From: Amoebophrya sp. A120
Taxonomy: Eukaryota; Protista; Dinoflagellata
Assembly: GCA_905178155.1 (NCBI GenBank)
Contig: CAJINV010000005.1
Span: forward strand, 7,872,515 to 7,936,514
Direction of reading: 5' to 3'
Length of the DNA: 64,000 nt
Part shown: in pieces, positions 21,770-34,548 of the stretch
Position numbering within the stretch: the first letter of the stretch is position 1
Layout of the letters: each line of letters opens with the position of its first letter
The notes under the pieces: generated by a model
What the model was told of the DNA's origin: nothing
Database searches by the model: none
Seen by the model: the letters and a program-made list of their open reading frames with translations, nothing else
Position numbers and translations under genes: made by a program

Positions 21770-24700
21770 TCACGTCTCCACCTGCACCTCGAACTTCTTC
21801 GGCACCGCCTCAACCGAGGTTTTCATGGTGAGCGGCTTGCTTTCCGAATGACAGTGCACAATTCCCCCGCCCCCTCGTTTGTCATGCAAAATCCCAAATC
21901 CAGTCGCTTCCTTGTGCCACTGTTTCCATGACAAATTTCGAAAGCCAAAACAGTACTACAGTAGGTACATAAATTTGTCATGCACCGGCGCCAGGGTTGC
22001 TGGCGTTTGTATTGCTGTTCATGCAATACAAATGAGGGGGAGGTGGAGTTGTGCACTGTCGTATTCCGGAAACTCGGGAGTCAAAGCGAAACTCGCGGTT
22101 TGCGCCGGCGCTCCTCCGGGGAACATCTTTTCCGACGCGGTTTGCTCGGATTTCATAAAGTAGAAAAAGGACTCCGTGTCCGCACCGTCGGACACTTTGG
22201 ACCCGCACACCGGGGTGCTGATTGGTTGCAAACCGTCTTGCCGGGTGGCTTGTGTGAAGGATTCGATCTTGTCTAGAAGCGGTACGTATCAAATGCAAAC
22301 ATGTCTGGGTCTGGAAACTTGTCATGCTAATGCACGAATGAAAAAATGACTAGAGTATGCAGCCGAGCATGACAGATTTTTGAACGGTCCCTGTGGTGTG
22401 TAACACGCATGAGAAACTGCGTTTTTGCATGACACAGAAGTACCGCTATTCCGCAAGACGCATTACAGAGTTTGGGAGTATGCGAGTTCAGCATTACAAG
22501 TCTTGCATTCTTCCAGACGCAGACCCAGACATTTTTACATTTGATAGTACGCCGGGATTTGCGTCGGGTGGCGGGAGCCAGTGCGAACGGAGCCGGGTCC
22601 AACCTGATAAAGATTTGATGGCTTACTCACTCTTTTATCTTTTTGAAACATTGATTCACAGCTTGCATTCCACAGCTTGCATGACAGATGTCACGTGCGG
22701 CTATTGCTATATGAAACACTTTTATATCTTCAATAGTACCAACGTAGCTCGCCTTCTTCCCCATTGTTGAGCAGACTCCTCGGCCCTGAATAGCGCCGGT
22801 CTTGCAAAACTGGATCACGTTGTAGGGGCCGCATGAAGAGCAGCTTGGCTCCATGTTGAGCGCAGCCAGGGGTGGTGTATGGAGGGGAAAAATTTGGTGC
22901 AGTTGTAGTAGTTCTCACAGCGCTCTATCTGAAATTTGAAGGGAGTGTGTCATTCCAGAACAGTCGCCATGCTTAGCCGCCCGCCCTGACCAGATTTCAA
23001 TCCTGTGTCACGCTAGAACAGGCACCATGCTTTGCCCCCCGCCCTTACCGGAATTCAGTCCTGTGTCAGGCTGGAGCAGATCCCATGTTTAGCCACCCGC
23101 ACTGACCAGAATTCAGTCCTTTGATTGTCATGCTAGAACAGGCACCATGCTTGGCCCCCCGCCCTGACCAGAATTCAGTCCTGTGTCACGCTAGAACAGT
23201 CACCATGGTTAGCCCCCCGCCCTGACCAGAATTCAGTCCTGTGTCACGCTAGAGCAGGTCCCATGTTTAGCCCCCGGCCCTGACCAGAATTCAATCCTGT
23301 GTCATGCTAGCACAGTCGCCATGCGTAGCCCCTGCCCTGACCAGAATTCGGTCCTGTGTCACGCTAGAGCAGGTCCCATGTTTAGCCCCCTGCCCTGACC
23401 AGAATTCAGTCCTGCGTCAGGCTAGAGCAGGTCCCATGTTTAGCCGCCTGCCCAGACCAGAACTCAGTCCTGTGTCATGCTAGAACAGGCACCATGCTTA
23501 GCCCCCCGGCCTGACCAGAATTCAGTTCTGTACCAGGCAAAGACGCACCATACCACCAGAGAAAGAAGCTTAAATACGGACACGCCAGTTGAGACTTTTT
23601 AACACTTCGTGAGACTTTTTTTTGCACTGAAAAAAACCAAACAGGAACGCACTACAGCCTTTTGCAAAAAACAGGCAAAAAAATGTAAAACTTCACACAA
23701 ATGCAAGACAAATTGCGTATCCACGACGGGACGCTGGCATTTTACGAAAGGAAGATTACAGAACAAAATCTCAAATAGTCTCAAAAAGTCTCAACTAGGT
23801 TTTGCCCAAATCAGGCGCGGTAGAGCTAGGAAAAGATGAAAAAATGCGTTTTTTTGAAAAACGACAAAAATCGCGAATCTGAGAAGGCAAAAATCAACCA
23901 TACCATCGGGAGAAGAAACCAAAAAAGACAAGCTTCAAATGAGGCTTTTTGAGACTTCGTGAGACTTTTTTTTGCTCTGAAAAAAGCCAAACAGGAGCGC
24001 ACTACAGCTTTTTGCAAAAAACAGACAAAAAAATGCAAAATTTCACGCAAATGCAGAATTTCATGCAAATGCAAAATTTCACGCAAAATGCAAGACTAGG
24101 CCACAGAAAAAAGTCTCAAATAGTCTCAAAAAGTCTCGACCGGTTGTTGGCCAAATCTGACGAATCTTTCGGTACTGAAGTCGTTGTGCTTGTGAGAACC
24201 GCAATACACAAAACATTCTCCCCTCTCCATACCGCCCGATTGGTTTCAAATCCGAGTCTCCGTGCCCCGTGACAGGCGTGCTCACTTCAAACACCACTGT
24301 CCCAGTTCCCGCCGCGTTTCCGTTCGTTGACGCTTGTGGCTGCACGAAGGTGAAGGAGGTTGCTGCACCCGCTGCACTCCCCGCCGAGTAACTCGGCTCA
24401 CTTTGTTCGTCCAAACCCTCCGCACAGGGTCCGACGTCGTAGACGGTGGATGTTACTTCGCACTGGATTCTTCTCACACAGTACCGCTCGTTCATCTTCC
24501 TTAAATAGTACTGGGAAAGCAACTATGCATTGCAAAAGTATCGTTCTAGTATAAATCGCATGACAAATTTCGGCAGCATGAAAAATGGAATTTGTCATGC
24601 TGATTTACCTTGGGAATCAGACTTGTCATGCATATCTGCGATTAGTACGAGTACGATGCTTTTGCATTTGATAGTAACTGCCCCGACACCGTGAAACTCC

Positions 24701-25277
24701 ATTCTTGTTTCGCTAAGTTATCGACCAACTGTTTTGTTTCGTCGTCGAGTGAGTTCGCATCAGTTGCTACGCCGTCTAAAACCGTCTTCGCTTCGCACGG
24801 CTCGAAGGAAATCGGGATGTTCTCATATTTATGCATTGCAAAGAAAAGGATCGTACTCGTACTTCTAACTGCAGGCATGCAATACAAATTTCTTCGTCAA
24901 GGTAAATCCGCATGAGAATTTCCATTTCTCATCATGCTACGGAAATTTGTCATGCGACTTCTACTAGTACGGTAGTACTTTTGCAATTCATAATATTGCG
25001 TGCTGTATTCGCCGACGGACAGACACCTCGCGTTCGGGTCGTGGGGGGTAATCGGGAGGTCGGGCGAATAGGTGCCGATTCGCTGAATGGTGAAAACCTG
25101 GTCCTCTGGGGTGCTGCGTCGAATTGCTGTAGTTGCTACTCTACTCGTTTTCAGGACAGCAGCGTGAGTCGTGGTTGCTTGAAGTAGTTGTAGTGCGCCA
25201 GCTGCAATTACGGCAGCACGACCTGGAGCCGGAGACGCCATGCGTGACGTTCTCCGCCGAGTTGTGGGCGGGGTCAT
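21770..25277 (-). CDS. Secreted Cys-rich protein with ricin-B (beta-trefoil) lectin-like segment; spliced
   Basis: N-terminal hydrophobic segment AAVIAAGALQLLQA. RCLSV...ISFEPC...KQEWSFTVSGQLLS...RYCV gives a QxW pattern. Introns at 24830-24992, 24524-24673, 22878-24231, 22604-22739, 22287-22546 and 21847-22063; ends EVQVET*. Confidence 0.6.
21847..22063. mobile_element. Introner family I (TIR TATGA.AGTGCACAA.TCCCC..CCCCCTC), ~215-245 bp
   Basis: TSD ttccg; the termini here are the variants AAT/GTA. Copies at 29046-29266 and 40303-40545, a partial copy ending at 653 and a decayed copy at ~34200-34370. Confidence 0.85.
22947..23530. repeat. ~60-bp tandem array, about 10 copies (GCCCTGACCAGAATTCAGTCCTGTGTCACGCTAGAGCAGGTCCCATGTTTAGCCCCC)
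   Basis: Head-to-tail units with no unique spacers. Confidence 0.95.
23590..24137. repeat. A-tract-rich duplicated block (23590-23796 vs 23941-24137) with an internal 18-bp repeat AAATGCAAAATTTCACGC
   Basis: Direct similarity, for example cttcgtgagacttttttt.gc.ctgaaaaaa.ccaaacagga.cgcactacagc and tctcaaatagtctcaaaaagtctc. Confidence 0.85.
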
Positions 25278-26606
25278 TTTTTCTGTCGAACGATGCAGCG
25301 GAGCGAGGCTGTCCTCGTCAGAGCCCTATGACTTCTACTCCGACTCCTTCAGCTTCTCCGACTATCATTTCCTCCACGGGGCTACTACATGATTGCAGGA
25401 CCGCCATCCTGCCGTAGCCTGCTTCTAGTGCCTTCAACAATGGATGTGCTTGTGGAATTCAGCTTTCGTTTTTAATCCAATTTCTTGCGCTCCTACTGCA
25501 ATACCAGAACAGGCACTCACGCTCAAGACTCTCAAGTTGGAAATATGCCTGTGAAGCAGGTGTTTATTGCCGCTTGTAAATCATACTCGTTGTTGCTCCC
25601 CCCCCCTCTCTTTTGGTGTCTCTCACAACTGCTCCCTTGCCCTGCCTGTACAAACATAGAATGGAGTTTGTTCTTGTTCATTCGTAGCGACAGCGAACAG
25701 CTACGTACAGGGTACGATCGTGGGAAAAAATCGTACCCCCGCGCCACCTCCTTTTCTAAATTTTTCAGTTCCGTTTACATGTAGTTTTCTCGGGATGAAA
25801 CAAGGTCATATTTCGATTCGCAGCAGTTCGACAGGGAGGCGAGGAACTCTCGCTACCTGTCTGACAAAATTTTTCGACTCCTGCGTTCTTGACGGACTAA
25901 CGGCTGCAGTCTGTGGATTATAGTACCGAAGACTAGCTCCGGGAGGTACTCGTACTATTTCATTGTATCGGACTATGCAGGTATTAGGTCGTTTCGGTTT
26001 ATTTTGCGTAAATAAAAATGCGTAGCTAGAGTTCTAGTAATCTGTAGCAGCGGAAAATTGATGATCGAGCAACGAGCTCAAAGAATTTGTGTCGTGCAGT
26101 GCGTAGACATACGTAAAACAGTAGTGTAGACTTTAGTAAAGCAAAAGTATAGCGACGGTGCCCATGGCCCTCTCAACATGATGTTTCGACAAATGTCTGA
26201 GGCAGGATTGCCCCTCGTCCCGGTGCCGCGACGACCGTCGTTCATAGAGTAGTTTTGCGCTTCAATCATTTGTGAAACCAATTTTTTTTGTACTTCACAG
26301 AAAAATTTCATGTGCGGGTATTGATTTTTATGTTACACGATCAAAGTTAGTGCTAATATTCTTAGAGATTGACTCAACTCGATTTAGTATTTCGACATGA
26401 TAGTATCCGTATCGCTATTTTCTTCTGTTCATATTTTTCACTTATGCAGCTTGTAGTTGTAAGTTCTTGACGTTACTACCATTTATTTGCAGAACGAGAA
26501 TTCATTTCCCGACTCCCGTGTGCAAAAAACATTGTTCTCCTCGTTTCTCCTCCTGTCCGGCGATTGTAGGTGGAAACCGCAGTCAACAGTCGGCCGACGT
26601 TTATTC

Positions 26607-29600
26607 TTATGCGTTAAAGTCCCCTCCCTCGGCGACACGCACCAGTACCTCCGCGTATTTCTTCAGAGTTTCCTCAATCTGCCCCGCCGTAGTATCGAGA
26701 GGAAAAATCCCCCCTCTCCATATCATCAAAGCGGAAATCTGTGATGCAGATTTGTGGCCACAAGTCATCAGCTCCGTCATGCTAAAAGGGAAAAGATGCG
26801 GACTGCGACTGTAGTGTTGGGTGGCGTGGGAGTAAGGCTTTGCGTCTCCAGCACGACAAGAGGCGGCTGGAAGCGGGAAGCAGCATGACAATATATGCCT
26901 GCAAGCGAGGCCACGACTGCGGCTCTTGGCCTTCTAGCAATACAAGTCGATTTGTGTACTCCAATACAGCATGAGAAATTTTTTCGTTTTCAATATGGGA
27001 TGAAGGGGGGATTTTTCCTTTTGATACGTAGTACCAGTTCCCTCCACGCATTCGCACCCCTCCGCGCAGGCGAGGCAGAGTTTTGCCATGATACGCGCCG
27101 GCATGATCAGGGAACACGGCTTCATGTTGTAGTCGTACTTGGTCGCGAGCCGCAGGCGGTAGAGCTTCTTATCCCCCTTGGCATCCGACAACACCAGGTT
27201 GCGGGACTTCGTCGCGGCAAATTATGCACTGCAAAACCAAAAGCATCGCACTCGTATAATCGCATGACAAATTTCCTCAGCATGAGAAAGAACATTTGTA
27301 ATGCGGGTTTACCTAAAGACGAAAATTTGTAATGCGTGACTGCGATTACTACTAGTACGATGCGTTTAAAATGCATACAAATTTCACCGGGTCAATGAAG
27401 CGCTCCTCGATCATTTTCCGGTGACCACCGGTTTTCCCCGTGCCCGGGTTGGCAACCATGAATTCCGTCGTGAGAATGCCACCGTCGGAAATTTCCTGCC
27501 CCAACGCGTTGTGCGTGCACATCAGGTGCATACCTGTGTATGGATTTATCATTTTCAACCATCGAAGATAGAGTTTTAACATCATTACAAGACTTGTTTC
27601 TCAACACACGGTTTTAATATTTTGCAGCACAAGAAATACCAGCAGCAGTATGTATGTTCTTGTTCATATGTTAGCATGACAAACACGAAAACGAAAGCAC
27701 GTTTTATGTAATACCTGGGAACGGCACCATGGCAGCAGAGACCGAGTCCACGATCGCCTCGTTGGTCGGGGTATCCTGTGCAAAAGTATCGCACTCGTTG
27801 TATTGCAATCATGCATTACAAATCTTTTTCTTAAGGTACTTCCGCATCACAAATGTCAATTTTATTTCTCGTCATGCTGAGAAAATTATTTGTAATGCAT
27901 TTATATTGAAAACTAAAATCCCAAAGGGAAGTTTGAAAAAAGCACTGTAGCATAGCGAACTGAACAAATAGGTGCAAGCACATCCTGTGGAGGGTTTTTT
28001 GAAAAATGAAGAAGGGGCGACTACGTGACTCCCTAGCTAGAAATGGGCGCGGCGCGTGTGAGGATGCTTCTGCCCACGGGGTCCCACATGGCTGAAGCTG
28101 GAGCACTACGACCTTTATGGCTGAAGCTGTAATGCATTTATACGAGTACGATACTTTTGCAGTGCATACGGGGCCAGAAACATGTTGGTCAGCCGGTCGA
28201 GTATGGCGCTCTCAATTGTTACATTCTCAACTGTTACATGAATTTGTGATGCAAGAATGGCAACAGGAAAAGGCCGGACCTTGCAACTCTTGCATAACAA
28301 ACTTGGCACAGATTCCCATGCTGTTTAGCCCTTCCAAAATTTGTCATGCGAGGCAGCTCCATTGTGTGGACGTTGATGCTCATTTTGCATGACAAATTCA
28401 TGTAACAGTTGAGACTGTAACGTTTGAGAACGCCATATCCAGCATGTCGGTCTTGGAGACAATGCACAACTGCGCCAGTAACAACCCCGCGCAAATCAGT
28501 TGCCCGGTCAGTTTGTTGTTGGTGAAGGATTCGTACGTCGCGCCGTGGATGATGACGGTGACGCCACTCACTTCCGGGTTCGCTTTCATCGCCAACATCA
28601 AGCACATGAAGCGCGCAACCCGCGCCTGGTCGACTTCATCGACCCCGATAATCAAGATCGGCTTGCGCTTGTGGTGCCCCGGTTGGTTGTTGATGATCTA
28701 TCAAATGCAAAAGTGCCTGGATGTCAGGAAGGTCGCAAGAACTTGTGATGCTGTCTTTCGATTCTAAAAAAATCTGTATTGCATAGAAAAGCAATAAGAA
28801 TCCAGTTTGTGCGTCGCGGGGGCGAGAGCATTTGTCACGCGGGAGAGGCATCAAGAAGCCGCTAAAAAATCTGTGAAGATGCTAGGCCATGCATTACTGG
28901 CGTTATGGGTCATGCAAAATATGCATGACAAACCTGGCAATTATCTTCCAGACCCAGATCGATATTTGCACTTGATATGATCTTCTCCACCACAATCTTC
29001 TCCGCGGTTTCCTTCGCACCGTCCGCCAAACCGTCCGGGATTTCCTATGAAAGTGCACAACTCCCCTTCCCCCTCATTTGTATTGCATGAACAGCAACAC
29101 AAGCGTCATCAAGAATACAGGTTTTGCATGACAAATTTGGACAGGCGTGTAGTGCTATTTGGGCTCCTGCCAGAACTTGTCATGCAGACAGTGCCAAGAG
29201 CCCAGGCGTAAATTATACGCATTTTGCATGACAAATGAGGGGGAGGGGGAGTTGTGCACTCTCATATTTCCTCCTCCAAGTTGAAAACAGGGCGGTCGAA
29301 AAATTGGGAAGCGAACTTCTCCTTGTGCTTGTCGTAATTCACGGTGGACATGACAAACGCCACCGGGCTATCCTAAGCAAAAACGTCCCCACCCCATAGT
29401 CAAGTTGGGATAGTAGCAACACAAGTCTCCAACTTTTGGCAGCTGTGCATGACAAGTTTCCCTCTGCAGTGTAGTGCTGGTTGGCAAGGGCAGCAGCATG
29501 AGAAAGCCATTGTCTCATCCTGTTTACAGCATTAGAAATTCCAAAACGCGGTTGGTGATGCCTCTCTCATGGAGCTGCACATTACAAACGTTTTCTGTAA

Positions 29601-32600
29601 TTGTACATCTGCATGACAACTCTGGGGTCGTGGGGACGTTTTTACTCAGGATACGGGCGCCGGTTGGACGGCCAGGTCACGTTGCGCACGTACTTCAGAA
29701 TGTCGGTCGCCGGCAACTCGACCTTTTTGTCGCGGGTGGTGGACTATCAAATGTAAAAATGTCTCAGTCTGGAAGAATGCAAGAGTTGTGATGCAGGTTT
29801 TCCATGACCCATGAGGTCTGGAATGCGAGACCCAGCATGACAGATTCCACCTTGAGGTCTCTATCATGCCTTTCCTGCATGAGAAACTCCCTCTCAACTT
29901 GGTCAAAAGCGGACAGCTTTTGGTACTCACGCAACACAGATTTTTGCATCATTCAGATTTAGCATGACAAGTTCTAATCTTCCAGACCCAGACATTTTTA
30001 CATTTGATATGGACATCCCGGTGGCGATGTTCGCTTCCGGTATGGAGCTGCAAATATGTTTATTACTCAGTCTACTTCATCCATTCGGATTTTTGCATGA
30101 TCCAATGTCATGCCTGTGCAGCTTGCCATTGCAATCATGCACAAATCAAAATGCTCTGTATCCTGCATAACAGACTGAGTCGTGTAACAATTTTGCAGTT
30201 GGGATATCAGTCGGAATCGAGGTTTGGATAAAGTTCACCAAGTTGGACATGCCCTGTTAGAAGATTTGTTGAAAAAATGTATGTAAATCCAAAATCCTAT
30301 AACACCATTTCGCACGACAATTATAAATCTCGATAATGAAATTACAGATCGGCTTAACTACATGCATTTTCCACAAACACAAACATAAGTTAAAAACTAT
30401 ACTTCCAAACACTCCTTCTCTTCCAAGCCCGCGTTTTCGGCCAAGTAGCCGTAGGCCTGCTTGGGCGCGATGTCCTTTTCATATCCTGAGCAAAAACGTC
30501 CGCACCCCATAGTTGTCTTGCAGACTTGCAATAATTACATGAGCATTTTTAATGCGCATTCCCATGAGTTTCCAATCGTGTTCTGGAACTTGTAATGCTG
30601 TAAACGGGATAAGGAGATGAATTTCTTATGCGACTTCCCTTGCTGAACAGCACTACACTACAGCCTACAAGAACTTGTCATGCGTCTGGATTTGTGTTGC
30701 GAAGTTCTGATCTTGACTATGGGGTGGGGACGTTTTTCCTCACGATATTTCAAACTTCTGCTTCATCATGGCCATGGCGTCGACTTCCGCCTTGCCCGCA
30801 GTGCAGTAGGCTTTCCAGGCGGAATATCGCACGAAAAAACTGTTTCACTGTAAGGATTTTGCAGGTTTTGCATGACAAGTTCGCTCTACATGACAGAGAA
30901 AATTTGCCATGCAAGCTTCCTAAGGGAAAACACAGCTAACAATCCACTTTCTTGCATGTGTAGCAAGACAAATACATCGATCTGCGTTCCATTTTATGCA
31001 TCACAAGTTTACAGTGAAACAGTTTTTTCTTGCATACGGAAGACTTCCCGCCGGCGCCGCCCTCGTCGTACTGCCCGTACAGCTTGTACAGAACGCCATC
31101 CGGGTCCGTGTAGAAATCGTCCGCGCAGGCGATCTATCAAATGCAAACATTTCTGGGTCTGGAAACTTGTGATGCATGTCAGTGAATTAATAGCCAGACT
31201 GTAATGCAACGCCAAGCATGACAAATTTTATACTTTTTTCGTGGCTCTGTGTTGTGTATCATTCCGCAACATGACAGACAAGAGGAGCTCTTCCGATGGC
31301 CGTACGCAATACAGAGCTCAGTGTCATGCCAGACTAGCATGACAGACCTTGGATTCTTCCAGACCCAGACATATTTGCAGTCGATACGATCTTCAACATC
31401 GACCCCGCGCCCTTTATGCATTGCAAATTATATGTCTGGGTCTGGAAGAGGACAAGTTTGTCATGCACATTTTCCATGATCCATGATGTCGGTGATGTAT
31501 GCCATAGCATTACAGATTTTGAAAGGGCTTCCTGATGCGCCTTCCGCATGAGAAATGCCCTGTCCGCGTAGCACAAATTGAACCGCTCTTGCTGGTCATG
31601 CAATACAATTTTTTTTGGAATCCAAAAACAGCATGACAAATTGCGACCTTCCAGATCCAGACATATTTGCGTTTGATACCCTTCCAGCCCGACCCGATCA
31701 AGGTGTTCAGGAAGGCCATCCCCAAAATCCCCGCCTCAATGGCCGTGCAGAACTCCGGCTTGGAATTCAAAGTGGCCGTCACCATCAAGGTCCGGATCTT
31801 CAAATCCGCCGAGTACCCAGCACTCGTGTCCACCGCGTTCCAGTCCGCCGCGCCGTGCGTGCGCTCCTTGTGCTTGAACAACGTTTGCCGCACCTTCGTC
31901 ACGAAGGACTTGTTGAACCCGAGGTGGCGCGGATATCCTGTGCAAAAGTATCGGACTCGTACAAATGCTAATGCAAGTCTTGCATTACAAATCTTAATCT
32001 TCATCTTGTTTCCAAGGCAAATCTGGATTACAAATTTTATTTCTCAATCTGAGGAAATTTGTAACGCATTTATACGAGAACGATACTTTTGCAGTTCATA
32101 GCGGATCGAAGATGACCACGACCTTCTTCAAATCCTTATTCGCGCACTTCACATCACCCGCGATGGCAATCGGGTCGCGGTGGGACGCGGAGGGTATCAA
32201 CTGTAAAAATGTCTGGGTCTGGAAGATTGCGAGATTTGTCATGCTTGTCTGGCATGACAAAAAAGTTTGTGATGCGTGTCCAAGAAGAGACCCTTCTGCC
32301 TGTCATGCAAAAACGCAGTTTCTCATGCGAAAAACGCAACACAAAGAACTGCAGATATTTCTCATGCTTGGCTGTGCATTACAGAGCATTCACTATTTTC
32401 CCAACACAGCATTACAAGTTTCCAGACCCAGACATTTTTACAATCCATAGAGGCAATCCAGAACTGAATCCCCGTTCCGTCAGTCCACGGGTATCATGTG
32501 TAAAAGCATTCCCATATTCCCAGAGTTGTCATGCAAATCAGCATGCTCAAAACGTTTCTCATGCGGAGCTGCCCCATGACAAGCATTTTCTAGTTATGTT

Positions 32601-33191
32601 CTGAGATTTGTGATGGTCGAATCAGGATGATATGCTAGATCTGAGATGCTGCTCCCACTGCACTAGCTGAATACGATTAAATCGCCCAAACCTGTCATGC
32701 GCAACAACCAAAACTTTTTGATTTGTCTAGCAGATTTCGTCCCATCTTGACTCTAGGGTGGGTACGCTTTTACTCAGGATAACGGGCCCATTTTCTTCAT
32801 GCCACCGCCGCCAGCAGCGGCCTTGGGGGCGGCCGCCGGGGCCGCGGCTTGTGGCGCAGCGCCACCGGTATCAAGTGCAAAAATGTCTGGGTCAGGACGA
32901 TTGATGCTAGGTTTGTCATGCATATTTTGCATAACCTATGATGCCGGTAATGCATCACCTAGCATCACAGATTTCTAAAGTGCCTGCTGATGCGTATTCC
33001 GCATGAGAAACGCGGCCCACTCCGCGTAGCACAAACTGAACTCCTCGTCTTGCTGGCCATGCAATACAGATTTTTTTTACCTTCCAGAGACACCAGCATC
33101 ACAAGTTGCAAGCTTCCAGACGGAGACATTTTTGCATTTGATAACCGGCTGGGGCAGCCGCACCTCCGTTCATGGAGGCTCCACAACCCAT
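26607..33191 (-). CDS. Hypothetical protein with N-terminal MGCGAS myristoylation/palmitoylation motif; 18 introner-derived introns
   Basis: Begins MGCGASMNGGAAAPAG (ATG at 33191). The frame stays open through elements 32869-33143 to 26693-27026 and ends EGGDFNA*. Two junctions (27539-27713 and 30041-30401) need an offset other than 5 nt. No domain recognised. Confidence 0.7.
27906..28127. mobile_element. ~220-bp insertion with a 15-bp TSD (retro/TPRT-like) inside a family C introner
   Basis: tgtaatgcatttata occurs at 27891-27905 and again at 28128-28142. Confidence 0.7.
28202..28437. mobile_element. Introner family J (TIR TATGGCGTTCTCAAACGTTACA.TCTCAACTGTTACATGAA), ~235-280 bp
   Basis: TSD tcgag/tccag (synonymous Leu). 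Copies at 38856-39104, 44160-44419, 48226-48503, 48668-48902, 58581-58815. Confidence 0.9.
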
Positions 33192-34548
33192 TTTTGTGTT
33201 TGTTGCTTCGCAAAGAACTACAAAGTGGGGAGCCGTTTAAAGTTTTGTTATACGCAATGAGCGTGAAAAATTTTAGAGAGTGGCAAAAAGCCGAAAAGAT
33301 ATAAGTTTCTGTATCTGTTGAGTGTAGTAGCGTGTGTATTTCCGATGAATCGCGAAAAGAAGTAGAACTACTATGAGTCTTTTTTTTTTGAAGTAAGAAC
33401 TAAAACGTTTGCTATTTGTGTACTACTAGCGGGGGGGACTTGAGATGAAAAGCTTGTTTTTTACTCCGGGAGATGGAGAAACAGCAAGCTGATTTTTTTT
33501 TGAAATAACGACTTCATCTTCGTGGAAACATTCATTCCAGATAGAACTCGTATAGCAATCACGCATTACAAATCTTTTTGTTATAGGTAAATCCGCATTA
33601 CAAATTTTATTAATTCTCATGCTGAGAAAATTTGTAGCGCATTTATACGAGTACGACACTTTTGCAGTTCATAAACGAAACACCACCGACACATCAAAGT
33701 AGACTGATGCTGTGTAGAAGTAGAAGTTGTACAGGCAGCATCAACATCTTCAATGGCGGCCACACCGATTTTTATATTACGCGAGGTTCATTAATATTTC
33801 TGCCTTCGCTGAGAAGTAAATCTCAAAGACCAAATGCACGCAGTTGCCCTGTAGAGCACCGAATAACTGACCCGGAGTCAGTCTACCCTTCATAGAGAAG
33901 TTGTAGGCATCAAACCGAAACTACATCAGCCTAGGTTCTTTACGTTTTTGTTCAGTGCATCATAAAACCGAGTCTAGAAGGCGACCTCAATATGGACCGA
34001 GCACAGTCTTTTATTTTTACGATTGAGGTTGTACCACTTACAGCTAGTAGTAGTACACCTCGAAGTAGATAGTGCACTAGCGGGTCAAAATATGATTGAA
34101 CGGCGCAGAACAAAATGACCTTAATAGAACTGGCACTGACAATGCAGGAGCTCTGTGGTCCAGCGTGCCGCCCCTTGGACGTGACGAGCCACAGGTTCTT
34201 CGCACTTCTTCTTCTCCAGGCAGGAACTACCTTCTGCTTGTTAGCACTCTTTGCATGACAGATTCCGAAAGCCAAAACAGCACTACAATCATCTAGGAAT
34301 TTGTCATGCCAAAGCTGCATCTTTGTTTGCCAGCGCTTGTGTTGCTGTTCATGCAACACTCGAACTTGAGCTTGAACTCTGAGCAGGAACTCGAACTTGA
34401 GCTTGAACTCTGCAGGCCGTTCGTCTATAATTTCAACTGAACTTTATGAATGATATAAGAATTCGAATGAAGAAATAATAGACTGTAATGATACTTTCCT
34501 GCGCTGTAGTCCTCCTGAATAGAAGTTCCACCTCCTCGTAGGCTACTA

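Larger units (their letters stand above)
22878..24231. mobile_element. Large (1.35 kb) TAT...ATA element filled with internal repeats
   Basis: About 45-bp imperfect TIRs (tatggaggggaaaaatttggtg...gttctcacagc and tatggagaggggagaatgttttgtg...gttctcacaagc). The host frame is restored by removing the element plus 5 nt. Confidence 0.7.

Noticed and set aside
22947-23530. Possible CRISPR array
   Set aside because: Units are contiguous ~60-bp tandem copies with no unique spacers, there are no cas genes, and the context is eukaryotic.
34359-34416. Short ~30-bp tandem duplication
   Set aside because: Two copies at the edge of a decayed element, consistent with ordinary slippage.
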